A stretch of 64,000 nt of DNA from Gemmatimonadetes bacterium 13_1_20CM_4_69_16. Its GTDB lineage: Bacteria; Gemmatimonadota; Gemmatimonadetes; Gemmatimonadales; GWC2-71-9. This document shows, piece by piece, positions 16,932 through 25,304 of this stretch (within the stretch, counting starts at the first letter, position 1; the number at the start of each line of letters is the position of its first letter). Made by a program: the position numbers and the translations under genes. The stretch spans positions 6,216 to 70,215 of the forward strand of contig MNIR01000083.1 of NCBI GenBank assembly GCA_001919865.1. Direction: 5' to 3'. The notes below the pieces were generated by a model, which did no database searches, was not told the DNA's origin, and saw nothing but the letters and a program-made list of their open reading frames with translations.

Positions 16932-19183
16932 GCGCTCTCCCATTCGCGCTCGAGGCCCGCGTAGGCCACGAGTAGCTGCTTCGTCCCGATCTCCTGGTCG
17001 TCGAATTCCACCGTGACTTTCAGGTCGCGTCCCGAGCCGGAAACGGCGCGGACGACGCCGCTGCCGAACTTCCGATGGCGCACCCGCTCGCCCGTGGCGT
17101 AGCGGGGCGCGTCCTGCGACGCGGCATCCTCCCAGTCCGGTTCCACCACAGCGCGCGCCGCGCGGCGCGTGCCACCACCGGAAGACCGCCGAGCGCGGTC
17201 CCACTGCGGCGTCGTACTGCGCTGTTCCACGACCGCCGGCGGCAGCGCCTCGAGGAAGCGGGACGGCTCCGACAGCTCGAGCCGCCCCGTTCGGTAGCGG
17301 GTGCGCGCCCATGAGAGATACAGTTTTTCGCGCGCGCGCGTGAGTCCCACGTAGCACAGCCGACGCTCCTCGTCGAGCCCCCCCGGCTCCCCCGCCGCCC
17401 GCGCGAGGGGGAACAGGCCGTCCTCGAGTCCGGCGAGCGCCACGACGGCCCACTCGAGCCCCTTCGCCATGTGGACGGTCATGAGCGTCACGCCCTCGGG
17501 GGCGCCCGCCCCCTCGTCCGCCGGCGTGACCAGCGCGGCCTGGGTGAGATACCGTTCGATCAGCGACGGCCCCTCCCCTCTTCCCGCGTCCGCCGCCTCG
17601 TCCCCGGCCTCATCGCCCGCTTCAGCCGCTGTCTCCGCCCACTCCGCCGCACCCGCGATCAGCTCCTGGACGTTCTCGAGCCGCTCGATCCCCTCCGGCC
17701 CTTCGTCGCCGAGGTACTGGCCGTACCCCACGGCCGCGATCACGCGCTCGAGCGCGGTGGCGGGGTCGGCGTCCCCGCAGCCGGCCCGCAGCTCGTCCAT
17801 CAGGCGGGCGACGGCTTGGAGGGCCTCCCGGACGTTGGGCCGCAGGTCCGCGACCCGGTCGGCGGCGCGCGCGGTCTCGAGCAGCGGTTTGGCCCACTGG
17901 GCAGCGACCCGCACGAGCTGGGAGAGCGAGGTGTCGCCGATCCCGCGGCGCGGCACGTTGACGATGCGGAGAAACGCTTCGTCGTCCGCGGGGTTCGCGA
18001 TCAGGCGCAGGTAGGCGAGCACGTCCTTCACCTCGCGCCGCTCGTAGAAGCTCACGGCCCCCACCAGCCGGTACGGGATCCCCCGGAAGCGAAACGCCTC
18101 TTCCAGCGGGCGAGACTGCGCGTTGGTGCGGTACAGGACCGCCATCCCCTGGTAGGGGGTGTCCGTCTCGGCCGCCCGCCGCGTGAGCTCTCCCGCCAGC
18201 CACTCCGCCTCGTCCCGCTCGTCCGCGGCCGTCAGCAACGTCACCGCCTCCCCGCCCTGCTTCGCCGTGAACAAGGTCTTGCCAAGGCGTCGGGCGTTTT
18301 CGGCGATGACGCCGTTCGCCGCGTCGAGGATCACCTGCGTGGATCGGTAGTTCTGCTCCAGCTTGATCAGCGTGGCGCCCGGGAAGTCCTGCTGGAACGA
18401 CAGCATGTGGCGTACGTCGGCGCCGCGCCAACCGTAGATCGCCTGATCGTCGTCCCCCACCACGCAGAGGTTCGTGTGCTGGGCAGCGAGCAGCTTCACC
18501 AGCCGATACTGCGCGGCGTTGGTGTCCTGAAACTCGTCCACCAGCACGTGCTCGAACCGGCGCTGCCAGTACGCGAGTCGGTCGGGGTGCTCCTGAAACA
18601 GCGTGAGCGGATTCAACAGCAGGTCGTCAAAATCCATGGCGTTCGCCTGCTTCAGCGCCGGTCCGAGGGCCGCGTAGATCTCCGCTGCAACGCGCTCCAG
18701 CGGGCTGTCGGCCTGAGCGCCGAGCTCTTCCGGGAGGAGCATCCGATTCTTCGCGCTCGAGATCACGGCGTGGATCGCCCGCGGGGGGTTGGCCTTGGGC
18801 GAGAGTCCGCGTTGCTCGAGCAAACGCTTGATGAACGACTCGGAGTCGTCCTGGTCGTAGATGGTGAAGTTGGGCCCGAAGCCGAGCTGCGGCGCCTCGC
18901 GCCGCAGCAGCCGCGCCGAGAGCGAGTGGAACGTCCCGATCCAGAGCCCCTTGGGGTCCGCGCCGAGCAGGGCCCCGACGCGGGAGCGCATCTCGCCGGC
19001 GGCTTTGTTCGTGAACGTCACGGCGAAAATGCGCTGCGGCGCGACGCCCCGCTCCTGGATCAGGTACGCGATCCGCGCGGTGAGGACGCGCGTCTTTCCC
19101 GAGCCCGCGCCCGCGAGCACGAGCAGCGGGCCGCCGGCGTGCCGCACGGCCGCCTCCTGCGGGGGGTTGAGCGGCAGCGTCAC
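16928..19183 (-). CDS. pcrA: ATP-dependent DNA helicase, UvrD/PcrA family
   Basis: 751-aa track ORF. LVLAGAGSGKTRVL, FTNKAAGEM, VDEFQDTN, TVHMAKGLEW, and a C-terminal Tudor-like tail. Confidence 0.9.
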   Translation of the reverse strand: MTLPLNPPQEAAVRHAGGPLLVLAGAGSGKTRVLTARIAYLIQERGVAPQRIFAVTFTNKAAGEMRSRVGALLGADPKGLWIGTFHSLSARLLRREAPQLGFGPNFTIYDQDDSESFIKRLLEQRGLSPKANPPRAIHAVISSAKNRMLLPEELGAQADSPLERVAAEIYAALGPALKQANAMDFDDLLLNPLTLFQEHPDRLAYWQRRFEHVLVDEFQDTNAAQYRLVKLLAAQHTNLCVVGDDDQAIYGWRGADVRHMLSFQQDFPGATLIKLEQNYRSTQVILDAANGVIAENARRLGKTLFTAKQGGEAVTLLTAADERDEAEWLAGELTRRAAETDTPYQGMAVLYRTNAQSRPLEEAFRFRGIPYRLVGAVSFYERREVKDVLAYLRLIANPADDEAFLRIVNVPRRGIGDTSLSQLVRVAAQWAKPLLETARAADRVADLRPNVREALQAVARLMDELRAGCGDADPATALERVIAAVGYGQYLGDEGPEGIERLENVQELIAGAAEWAETAAEAGDEAGDEAADAGRGEGPSLIERYLTQAALVTPADEGAGAPEGVTLMTVHMAKGLEWAVVALAGLEDGLFPLARAAGEPGGLDEERRLCYVGLTRAREKLYLSWARTRYRTGRLELSEPSRFLEALPPAVVEQRSTTPQWDRARRSSGGGTRRAARAVVEPDWEDAASQDAPRYATGERVRHRKFGSGVVRAVSGSGRDLKVTVEFDDQEIGTKQLLVAYAGLEREWESA

Positions 19184-20352
19184 GGGGCGTGGGCCAGCGG
19201 GAACTCGAGCACGAACTCGGCACCGCTGCCACCCGGCGGGGGCCGGTACGCGAGGCGGCCGCCGTGCTGCTGCTCGACGATGCGCCGCGCGAGCGCGAGG
19301 CCGATCCCCCAGCCGCCCGCTTTGGTGGACGCGCCGGGCTCGAACAACCGGGCGCGGACCTCGGGGGGCAGCCCGGGGCCGTCGTCACGCACGGTCACGC
19401 GGGCGCTAGCTCCCGCCACGTCCACCCGCACTTCGATGCGCCCTCCGCGTCCCGAGAGCGCGTCGATCGCGTTCTTGATCACCGCTTCCAGGGCCCACTC
19501 GACGAGCACCGGATCGCCCAGCGCGGCCGGCCCGGGACCGGTCGCGAGCAACGACAGGCTGACCGGGCTGGCCAGCGTCGGCAGCCGGGGCCGGAAGTAG
19601 CTCACCACGCGCTCCGCGACCGCGCCCAGCCCGACCGGCTCGCGGCGGGCCGGACGTCCGATCCGCTCGAACCGCCGGGCGACCCGCTCGAGACGCTCCG
19701 CATCCGCCTCAAGATGATCCGCCAGCTCGCCGACCGGTGTACCCGGATTCTCCCGCAGGTAGGCAATCCATCCCGTGAGACTCATCAGGGGCGTGCCGAG
19801 CTGGTGCGCCGATTCGCGGGCCATGGCCACCCACAGACGGTCCCGGGCCGCGGCGACTTGCGAGCGGTATGCCCAAACCGCCAAGAGGGCAAGACAGAAA
19901 AAGACCGCACCCTGCAGCAGGGCGAGGATCGTGAAGCGGCGCGCGACGGGGAGCGGGCCATAGTGAATCGTGCCGACGCCGGGCTGGACCAGGGGCGTGT
20001 TCACGGCGTCGAGCTCGGCGATCCAGCTCCGGACCATGGCGGGATCGGCATCCAGTGCCACGGGCGCGTTCGCCAGTGCCGTGACCCGGCCGGCGGTGTC
20101 GGTCACCGCGATCGGGATGCCGAGCGAGCGCACCTGGGCCGCGAGGTCGAGCAAGGCGCCCGTGGCGGCATCGGGTCGCGGGTCGTTGAGGCCGGCGAAC
20201 ACCCGGCCCAGCAACCGGCTGGTGTCGCGCGCGTCGTCCCGCAGGTGGCGCGCCACGACCCAGGCGTATCCGAAGGTGATGGCGCCCAGCAGCAGCGCCA
20301 GCGCGACCACGGCCCCCGGCCCGGCCCGGCGCAGCGCGCCGTTACCCGCCAC
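19180..20352 (-). CDS. sensor histidine kinase (2 TM, HisKA + HATPase_c)
   Basis: Track ORF 19180..20472 trimmed to the in-frame GTG at 20352, just past the serS stop. H-box ESAHQLGTPL, N/G boxes KNAIDAL, DDGPGL, GWGIGLALA. The start is uncertain. Confidence 0.75.
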   Translation of the reverse strand: MAGNGALRRAGPGAVVALALLLGAITFGYAWVVARHLRDDARDTSRLLGRVFAGLNDPRPDAATGALLDLAAQVRSLGIPIAVTDTAGRVTALANAPVALDADPAMVRSWIAELDAVNTPLVQPGVGTIHYGPLPVARRFTILALLQGAVFFCLALLAVWAYRSQVAAARDRLWVAMARESAHQLGTPLMSLTGWIAYLRENPGTPVGELADHLEADAERLERVARRFERIGRPARREPVGLGAVAERVVSYFRPRLPTLASPVSLSLLATGPGPAALGDPVLVEWALEAVIKNAIDALSGRGGRIEVRVDVAGASARVTVRDDGPGLPPEVRARLFEPGASTKAGGWGIGLALARRIVEQQHGGRLAYRPPPGGSGAEFVLEFPLAHAP

Positions 20353-21628
20353 CGGCGGGAGCGAGGCGGTCGGTCCCGGCGTACGGAGCGAGCGCCGCCG
20401 GAAGGGCGACGGAGCCGTCCGGCTGTCGGTGGGTCTCGAGCAACGCGGCGATGGTCCGGGGCAGCGCCACACCGGAAGCGTTCAACGTGTGGACCAACTC
20501 CGGTTTGCCCCCGGGGCTTGGCCGGCAACGGATGTTGGCGCGGCGCGCCTGGAAATCGCTGAACGTGCTCGAGCTCGAGCACTCCAGCCAGGCGCCCACG
20601 CCCGGGGCCCACACCTCGAGGTCGTACGTCTTCGCGCTCGCGAAGCCCAGGTCTCCCGCCGCGAGCAGCACGACGCGATAGGGAAGCTCGAGCCGACGCA
20701 GCACCGCTTCGGCGTGCCCGGTGAGCTGCTCGTGCTCCGCCGCCGAGCCGGCCGCGCGGCAGAACCGCACGAGCTCCACTTTGTCGAACTGGTGCACTCG
20801 CAGCAGCCCCCGCGTGTCCTTACCCGCCGCCCCGGCCTCACGACGGAAGCACGGTGTGTACGCGACGTAGCCGCGCGGCAGCGTGGCGCTATCGACGATT
20901 TCGTCACGCAGCAGGTTCGTCAGCGGCACCTCCGCCGTGGGGATCAGGAACAAGTCGTCCGGCTCGGTGCGGTACATGTCTGCTTCGAACTTAGGGAGCT
21001 GGCCGGTGCCCTGCATGACCTCACGCCGCGCGAGGTACGGCGGAGCGACCTCGGTGTAGCCATGCTCGCGGGCGTGGAGATCCAGCATGAAGGCGATGAG
21101 CGCGCGCGCCAGTCGCGCGCCGAGCCCGACGAACAACGGGAAGCCCGACCCCGCCAGCTTCGCGCCGCGCCCGAAATCCACGAGCCCGAGCCCCTCGGCG
21201 ATCTCCCAGTGCGGTGGACCGCCCTTCGGGGTCGGCTCACCCCAGGTGCGCACGATCTGGTTGTGCGATTCGTCGCCGTCCGGGACTTCTGGGAGCGGCA
21301 GGTTGGGCACGTAGAGCAGCTTCGCTTCGAGCGTGGCCTCGACCGTCTTGAGATCGGCTTCCAAGGCGGCGATCCGCGCACCGAGGTCGCGGCGCGCGGT
21401 GGTGGTGGCTGCCGGCAGCGCGCCCTTCTCCTTCACTAGCACCGCATCCCCGCGCGCCGCCTCGTTGCGGTCGGCCTTGAGCTGATCGAGCTGACCGGTG
21501 AGCGCACGGCGGCGCATGTCGAGCGCCTCGAGCTCATCGAGCAGCTTCTTGATGCTGGGATCGCCACGGCGGGCGAGCGCGGACCGCACCTGGGCGGGCG
21601 AGGCGCGCAACAGCTTGAGGTCGATCAC
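20342..21628 (-). CDS. serS: serine--tRNA ligase
   Basis: 428-aa track ORF. N-terminal coiled coil followed by class II motifs (FRREAG, TLNASGVALPRT). Confidence 0.95.
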   Translation of the reverse strand: MIDLKLLRASPAQVRSALARRGDPSIKKLLDELEALDMRRRALTGQLDQLKADRNEAARGDAVLVKEKGALPAATTTARRDLGARIAALEADLKTVEATLEAKLLYVPNLPLPEVPDGDESHNQIVRTWGEPTPKGGPPHWEIAEGLGLVDFGRGAKLAGSGFPLFVGLGARLARALIAFMLDLHAREHGYTEVAPPYLARREVMQGTGQLPKFEADMYRTEPDDLFLIPTAEVPLTNLLRDEIVDSATLPRGYVAYTPCFRREAGAAGKDTRGLLRVHQFDKVELVRFCRAAGSAAEHEQLTGHAEAVLRRLELPYRVVLLAAGDLGFASAKTYDLEVWAPGVGAWLECSSSSTFSDFQARRANIRCRPSPGGKPELVHTLNASGVALPRTIAALLETHRQPDGSVALPAALAPYAGTDRLAPAGGG

Positions 21629-21631
21629 CGG

Positions 21632-22216
21632 TTACTGTGACGGAAGGCCCGGCGCGAGACCCCGGTACCCGCAGTTCTGGTCGACCATGATCCGGAAATC
21701 GATGCGCCGCGCCGTTGGATCGATCGCGACCACTAGCAGCTTGGCGTACAGGGAGACGGTGACGCCGAACAGGCAGTTCGTGGGGCGCGAGCGCACGATC
21801 GCCACGGTCCCCGCGCTCACCGCGAGCGGCTGGTCGAACACGTAGCCGCCGCTCGGCGCGAGCGTGATCGAGTCGAAGGGCACGCTCGCCAGCTGCCACC
21901 CCGACGCCTGACCCAGCCCCACGGCGCCCGTCGGCAGCAACACCGCGTGGCCGGAGGAGTCGAGGTTGAAGGCGAAGTCGAACGCCGGCGTCTGGTCGGT
22001 GCGCACCAGTTGCCGGCCCACCGACCGGAGGTTGATGTCGTAGGCCGAGGGCGAGGAGATGGGCGTGCCGAACAGCGCGTACAGCGACACGCTGCTATCG
22101 ACCACGTTGGGAATGATCGGCGCGGGCAGTCCGGTGCTATTGCTGCACGCGGCGGCGAGCAGGGCGAGGCCGAAGACGGCAACGGTGGGCGCGGCGCAAC
22201 GAGCGGGGGGAGGCAT
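21632..22216 (-). CDS. lipoprotein, unknown function
   Basis: 3' part of track ORF 21632..22726. ATG at 22216 gives MPPPARCAAPTVAVFGLALLAAAC (lipobox LAAAC). The upstream part of the ORF has no protein-like character. Confidence 0.5.
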   Translation of the reverse strand: MPPPARCAAPTVAVFGLALLAAACSNSTGLPAPIIPNVVDSSVSLYALFGTPISSPSAYDINLRSVGRQLVRTDQTPAFDFAFNLDSSGHAVLLPTGAVGLGQASGWQLASVPFDSITLAPSGGYVFDQPLAVSAGTVAIVRSRPTNCLFGVTVSLYAKLLVVAIDPTARRIDFRIMVDQNCGYRGLAPGLPSQ

Positions 22217-22271
22217 GCGGTGCCGGGAAGATACTGGACGCCGTCTAAGTGGGTCAACCCGCGTTCGCTGC

Positions 22272-22300
22272 TTGACTTCGCTCGTGCCCACTCCTAGGTT
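22272..22300 (+). promoter_or_regulatory. putative sigma-70-type promoter of the Roadblock operon
   Basis: TTGACT (22272-22277), 17-nt spacer, TAGGTT (22295-22300), 9 nt before the ATG at 22310. This implies a very short or absent leader. Confidence 0.3.
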
Positions 22301-22309
22301 GGCCACTCC

Positions 22310-22663
22310 ATGGCGACGATCCGGGAAGTGATCGAGGCCTTCAGCCGTCGCCCCGGCGTGGATGCGGTCGTGCTGGTCGGCCGCGACGGACTGCCGATCG
22401 ACTCCCACGCTCGGAACGGGGTCGACCCCGACAACGTCGCCGCGCTCCTGCCCTCGGTCATCAACGGCATGACGCAGCTCGGCCAGGCGGCGGGACGCGG
22501 AGAATTCGGCACCGGCGTGCTGGAGTTCGGCGGCGGGCTCGCCGTGGTCTCCGTGCTCAACGCCGACGCCCTGCTCGTCGTGCTGGTGCAGCCGTCCACC
22601 AACGTGGGCGGGCTGCTGTACGATCTGCGGCGTCACCGTTCGGCCATCGCCGGCCTCCTCTGA
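22310..22663 (+). CDS. Roadblock/LC7 (MglB-like) domain protein
   Basis: 117-aa track ORF. The pattern GVDAVVLVGRDGLPIDS...LAVVSVLNADALLVVL is typical of Robl_LC7. Confidence 0.7.
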   Translation: MATIREVIEAFSRRPGVDAVVLVGRDGLPIDSHARNGVDPDNVAALLPSVINGMTQLGQAAGRGEFGTGVLEFGGGLAVVSVLNADALLVVLVQPSTNVGGLLYDLRRHRSAIAGLL

Positions 22664-22678
22664 GCGGGAGGCGTCGGC

Positions 22679-23101
22679 GTGGCACCTGTTTCGCGGCACC
22701 TGCTCGTCGTTGATGACGAGCCGCATATCGGGCTACTGCTCCGGCCCCACCTCGAGCATCTCGGCTACCGGGTGAGTCTCGCTCGTACGTTGGGCCAGGC
22801 GCGCGCGGCGCTCGCTCAGCCTCGCGCGCCCGTCGACGCGCTGCTGCTCGATCTCCACCTCCCGGATGGCTCCGGGTTGGATCTGCTGCGCGAGCTGCGG
22901 GGCGCAGCCGCGACTCGCGCACTTCCGGTCATCGTGCTGACGGCTGAAGGCGAGGAGCGCGTCCTCGACGAAGCGCAGGAGCTCGGCTCGGCACTCCTCA
23001 CCAAGCCGTTCAGCCCGACCAAACTCACCGCCCGGATCGCCGAAATGCTGGGCGACAGCCCCCCCCTCCCCCAGGCGCCGGAACGGGGCGAGGCGACGTG
23101 A
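22679..23101 (+). CDS. single-domain response regulator (CheY-like receiver)
   Basis: 140-aa track ORF. LLVVDDEP, phospho-acceptor context LLLDLHLPDGSG, VIVLTA, KPF. Confidence 0.8.
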   Translation: MAPVSRHLLVVDDEPHIGLLLRPHLEHLGYRVSLARTLGQARAALAQPRAPVDALLLDLHLPDGSGLDLLRELRGAAATRALPVIVLTAEGEERVLDEAQELGSALLTKPFSPTKLTARIAEMLGDSPPLPQAPERGEAT

Positions 23102-24108
23102 GCTTCTGGGCCGCGATCCTCGCGGGCGGCTCGGGCACGCGCTTCTGGCCACTCTCCACGCCGCAGCGCCCGAAGCAGCTCCTCCCGTTGGCGGGCGACC
23201 GGCCGCTGCTGGTGCAGGCCGTCGACCGCCTCGACGGGCTCGTGCCCCCCGAGCGGATGCTCATCCTGACGGGCCCGTTCCTGGTGGATCAGGTCGCCGC
23301 CGTGGTGCCGCAGATCCCGCGGGCCCAGATCCTGGCCGAGCCGCGCGCCGCCTCGACCGCCCCGGCGCTCGCCTGGGCGGCGCAGTGGATCTCGCAGCAG
23401 GACCCCGGCGCCCAGATGCTGTCGCTGCACGCCGACTGGGCGGTGGGGGACGACCGCGCGTTCCGCGCCGCGGCCCGCAATGCCCTCGGCGTCGCACAGG
23501 AGTACGACGCCCTCGTCACGGTGGGCGTCACACCGACCCGCAACGACACCGGGTACGGTTACATCGTTCCGGGCAAGCCGCAGGGCAGCGCGCGCGCCGT
23601 GCGGCGCTTCGTCGAGAAGCCCAGCGCCGCCCGTGCCGCGTTGCTGCGACGCCGCGGCGCGTTGTGGAACACCGGTCTGTTCGCCTGGGGCGTGGCGCGC
23701 TTCCTCGGGGAGGCGGGCGCGTACGCGCGCGAGCTCAAGGCCGGGTGGCCCAAGCTCTCGGCCGGCGACATCGCCGGGTTTTTCGCCGCCGTACAGCCCG
23801 TCGCCGTGGACGTCGCGGTGCTCGAGCGCACCAAACGCCTCGCGGTCGTCGTCGGCACGTTTCACTGGGACGACATCGGCTCGTGGGACGCCCTGCTCCG
23901 CATCCGCCGGCCCGACGCGCGCGGCAACGTGGTCGTGGGCAACGTGATGGTCGGAGACGACGTGCGGCGGTCGGTGATCTGGTCCGAGAGCGAGCATCTC
24001 GCGGTGATCGGCGTCGAGGACATGGTAGTAGTGCGCGCGAACGGGCATACCCTCGTGATGCCCACCGGGCACGCGGAGCGCCTCAAGGAGCTCGTGCAAC
24101 CACTGTGA
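23098..24108 (+). CDS. mannose-1-phosphate guanylyltransferase-type nucleotidyltransferase
   Basis: 336-aa track ORF. AILAGGSGTRFWPLS...PKQLLPL. GTGA overlap with the response-regulator stop. Confidence 0.8.
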   Translation: MSFWAAILAGGSGTRFWPLSTPQRPKQLLPLAGDRPLLVQAVDRLDGLVPPERMLILTGPFLVDQVAAVVPQIPRAQILAEPRAASTAPALAWAAQWISQQDPGAQMLSLHADWAVGDDRAFRAAARNALGVAQEYDALVTVGVTPTRNDTGYGYIVPGKPQGSARAVRRFVEKPSAARAALLRRRGALWNTGLFAWGVARFLGEAGAYARELKAGWPKLSAGDIAGFFAAVQPVAVDVAVLERTKRLAVVVGTFHWDDIGSWDALLRIRRPDARGNVVVGNVMVGDDVRRSVIWSESEHLAVIGVEDMVVVRANGHTLVMPTGHAERLKELVQPL

Positions 24109-25304
24109 CCCACGCCCTCTACTTGCTCGATCCAGACCCCTCCCCCGCGTGGGCACCCTTCGCCGGCAGCCGGCCCATCTCGGAGCTGCGAGCCGGCGCG
24201 CATCTGATCCGCGAGCAGTGGGAAGCGTTCGCGGCAACGGAGACGACCGCGGTTTTCGCCCTCCCCCATCTCGCAGGGTTCGTCGAGCCCGGTGCGCCGG
24301 TCGTGCGCGTGCGGCACCCGGTGACCGGCCCGGCGTTGCTCGGGTCGTCGACGTTCGTCCCGCGCGGCCTCGCGCCACCGTTGCCGCCGGCCGCGTTCCG
24401 TCTCACCTGCCAAGGTGTAACCGTAGGCTGGGGCGTCGGCGCGGGGGCGACCTGGGAGGGACCGCAGGCGAGCGCCGCCAGTGTGGAGGTGTCCGGCGTG
24501 GTGCTGCACGGGGCGTATGAGCTTGTCCGGACGCTCGAGCGACAGCTCGCCGAGCAGCTCGCCGAGCGCCTGGGCGACAGCGACCCGATCCCGGCGGGGA
24601 GCACGGTGCTGGGTGACCCTGCGTGGGTCGTCGTGCACGATGCGGCGGTGGAACCCGGCGTAGTCTTCGATGTCCGCCAAGGGCCTGTGGTGTTGGAGAG
24701 CGGGGTCGAGGTGCGCTCGGGCTCGCGACTCGAGGCACCACTCTGGGTGGGCGCGAACACCCAGGTGCTGGGCGGACCGATCCGGGCGTCGGCCATCGGC
24801 CCGCATTGCAAAGTCCGCGGCGAGCTGGCGTGTTGCGTGTTCCTCGGGTACGCCAACAAGGCGCACGACGGGTTCGTCGGACATTCGGTGATCGGCCGCT
24901 GGGCGAACATCGGGGCGGGCACGATTACGTCCAACTTGAAAAACACCTACGGCGCGGTGCGCCTCGAGATCGCGGGGGCGACGATCGAAACCGGCTTGAT
25001 AAACCTCGGCAGCCTGATCGGCGACCACGCCAAGACCGCCATCGGCACGCTGCTCGGAACCGGGAGCGTGATCGGCGTCGGCGCGAATGTCTTCGGCACG
25101 GTGCGCCCGCCCAAGTACGTCCCGCCCCTGGCCTGGGGCGTCGGCGGGGGGACGCCGGAGTCGGACCAGCGGCTCACGAAGGAGGGCTTTCTCAAGATCG
25201 CGGAGCGCGTCTTGCCGCGGCGGGACGTCGCGGTGGACGACGCCACCCGCGCCCAGCTGGGACGCATCTACGACTGGGCCACCCGCTCGAGCGGCCGCGC
25301 ATGA
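24105..25304 (+). CDS. putative sugar nucleotidyltransferase/acyltransferase with left-handed beta-helix (alt-GlmU-like)
   Basis: 3' part of track ORF 23385..25304. The GTG at 24105 overlaps the upstream TGA. Hexapeptide repeats IGRWANIGAGTITSNLKN...LGSLIGDHAKTAIGTLLGTGSVIGVGANV. Confidence 0.6.
   Translation: MTHALYLLDPDPSPAWAPFAGSRPISELRAGAHLIREQWEAFAATETTAVFALPHLAGFVEPGAPVVRVRHPVTGPALLGSSTFVPRGLAPPLPPAAFRLTCQGVTVGWGVGAGATWEGPQASAASVEVSGVVLHGAYELVRTLERQLAEQLAERLGDSDPIPAGSTVLGDPAWVVVHDAAVEPGVVFDVRQGPVVLESGVEVRSGSRLEAPLWVGANTQVLGGPIRASAIGPHCKVRGELACCVFLGYANKAHDGFVGHSVIGRWANIGAGTITSNLKNTYGAVRLEIAGATIETGLINLGSLIGDHAKTAIGTLLGTGSVIGVGANVFGTVRPPKYVPPLAWGVGGGTPESDQRLTKEGFLKIAERVLPRRDVAVDDATRAQLGRIYDWATRSSGRA

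Noticed and set aside
22310-22663. Calling the Roadblock protein MglB, the GAP of an MglA polarity GTPase
   Set aside because: No Ras-like GTPase gene is adjacent or anywhere in the window. Only the fold family can be supported, so no gene symbol was assigned.
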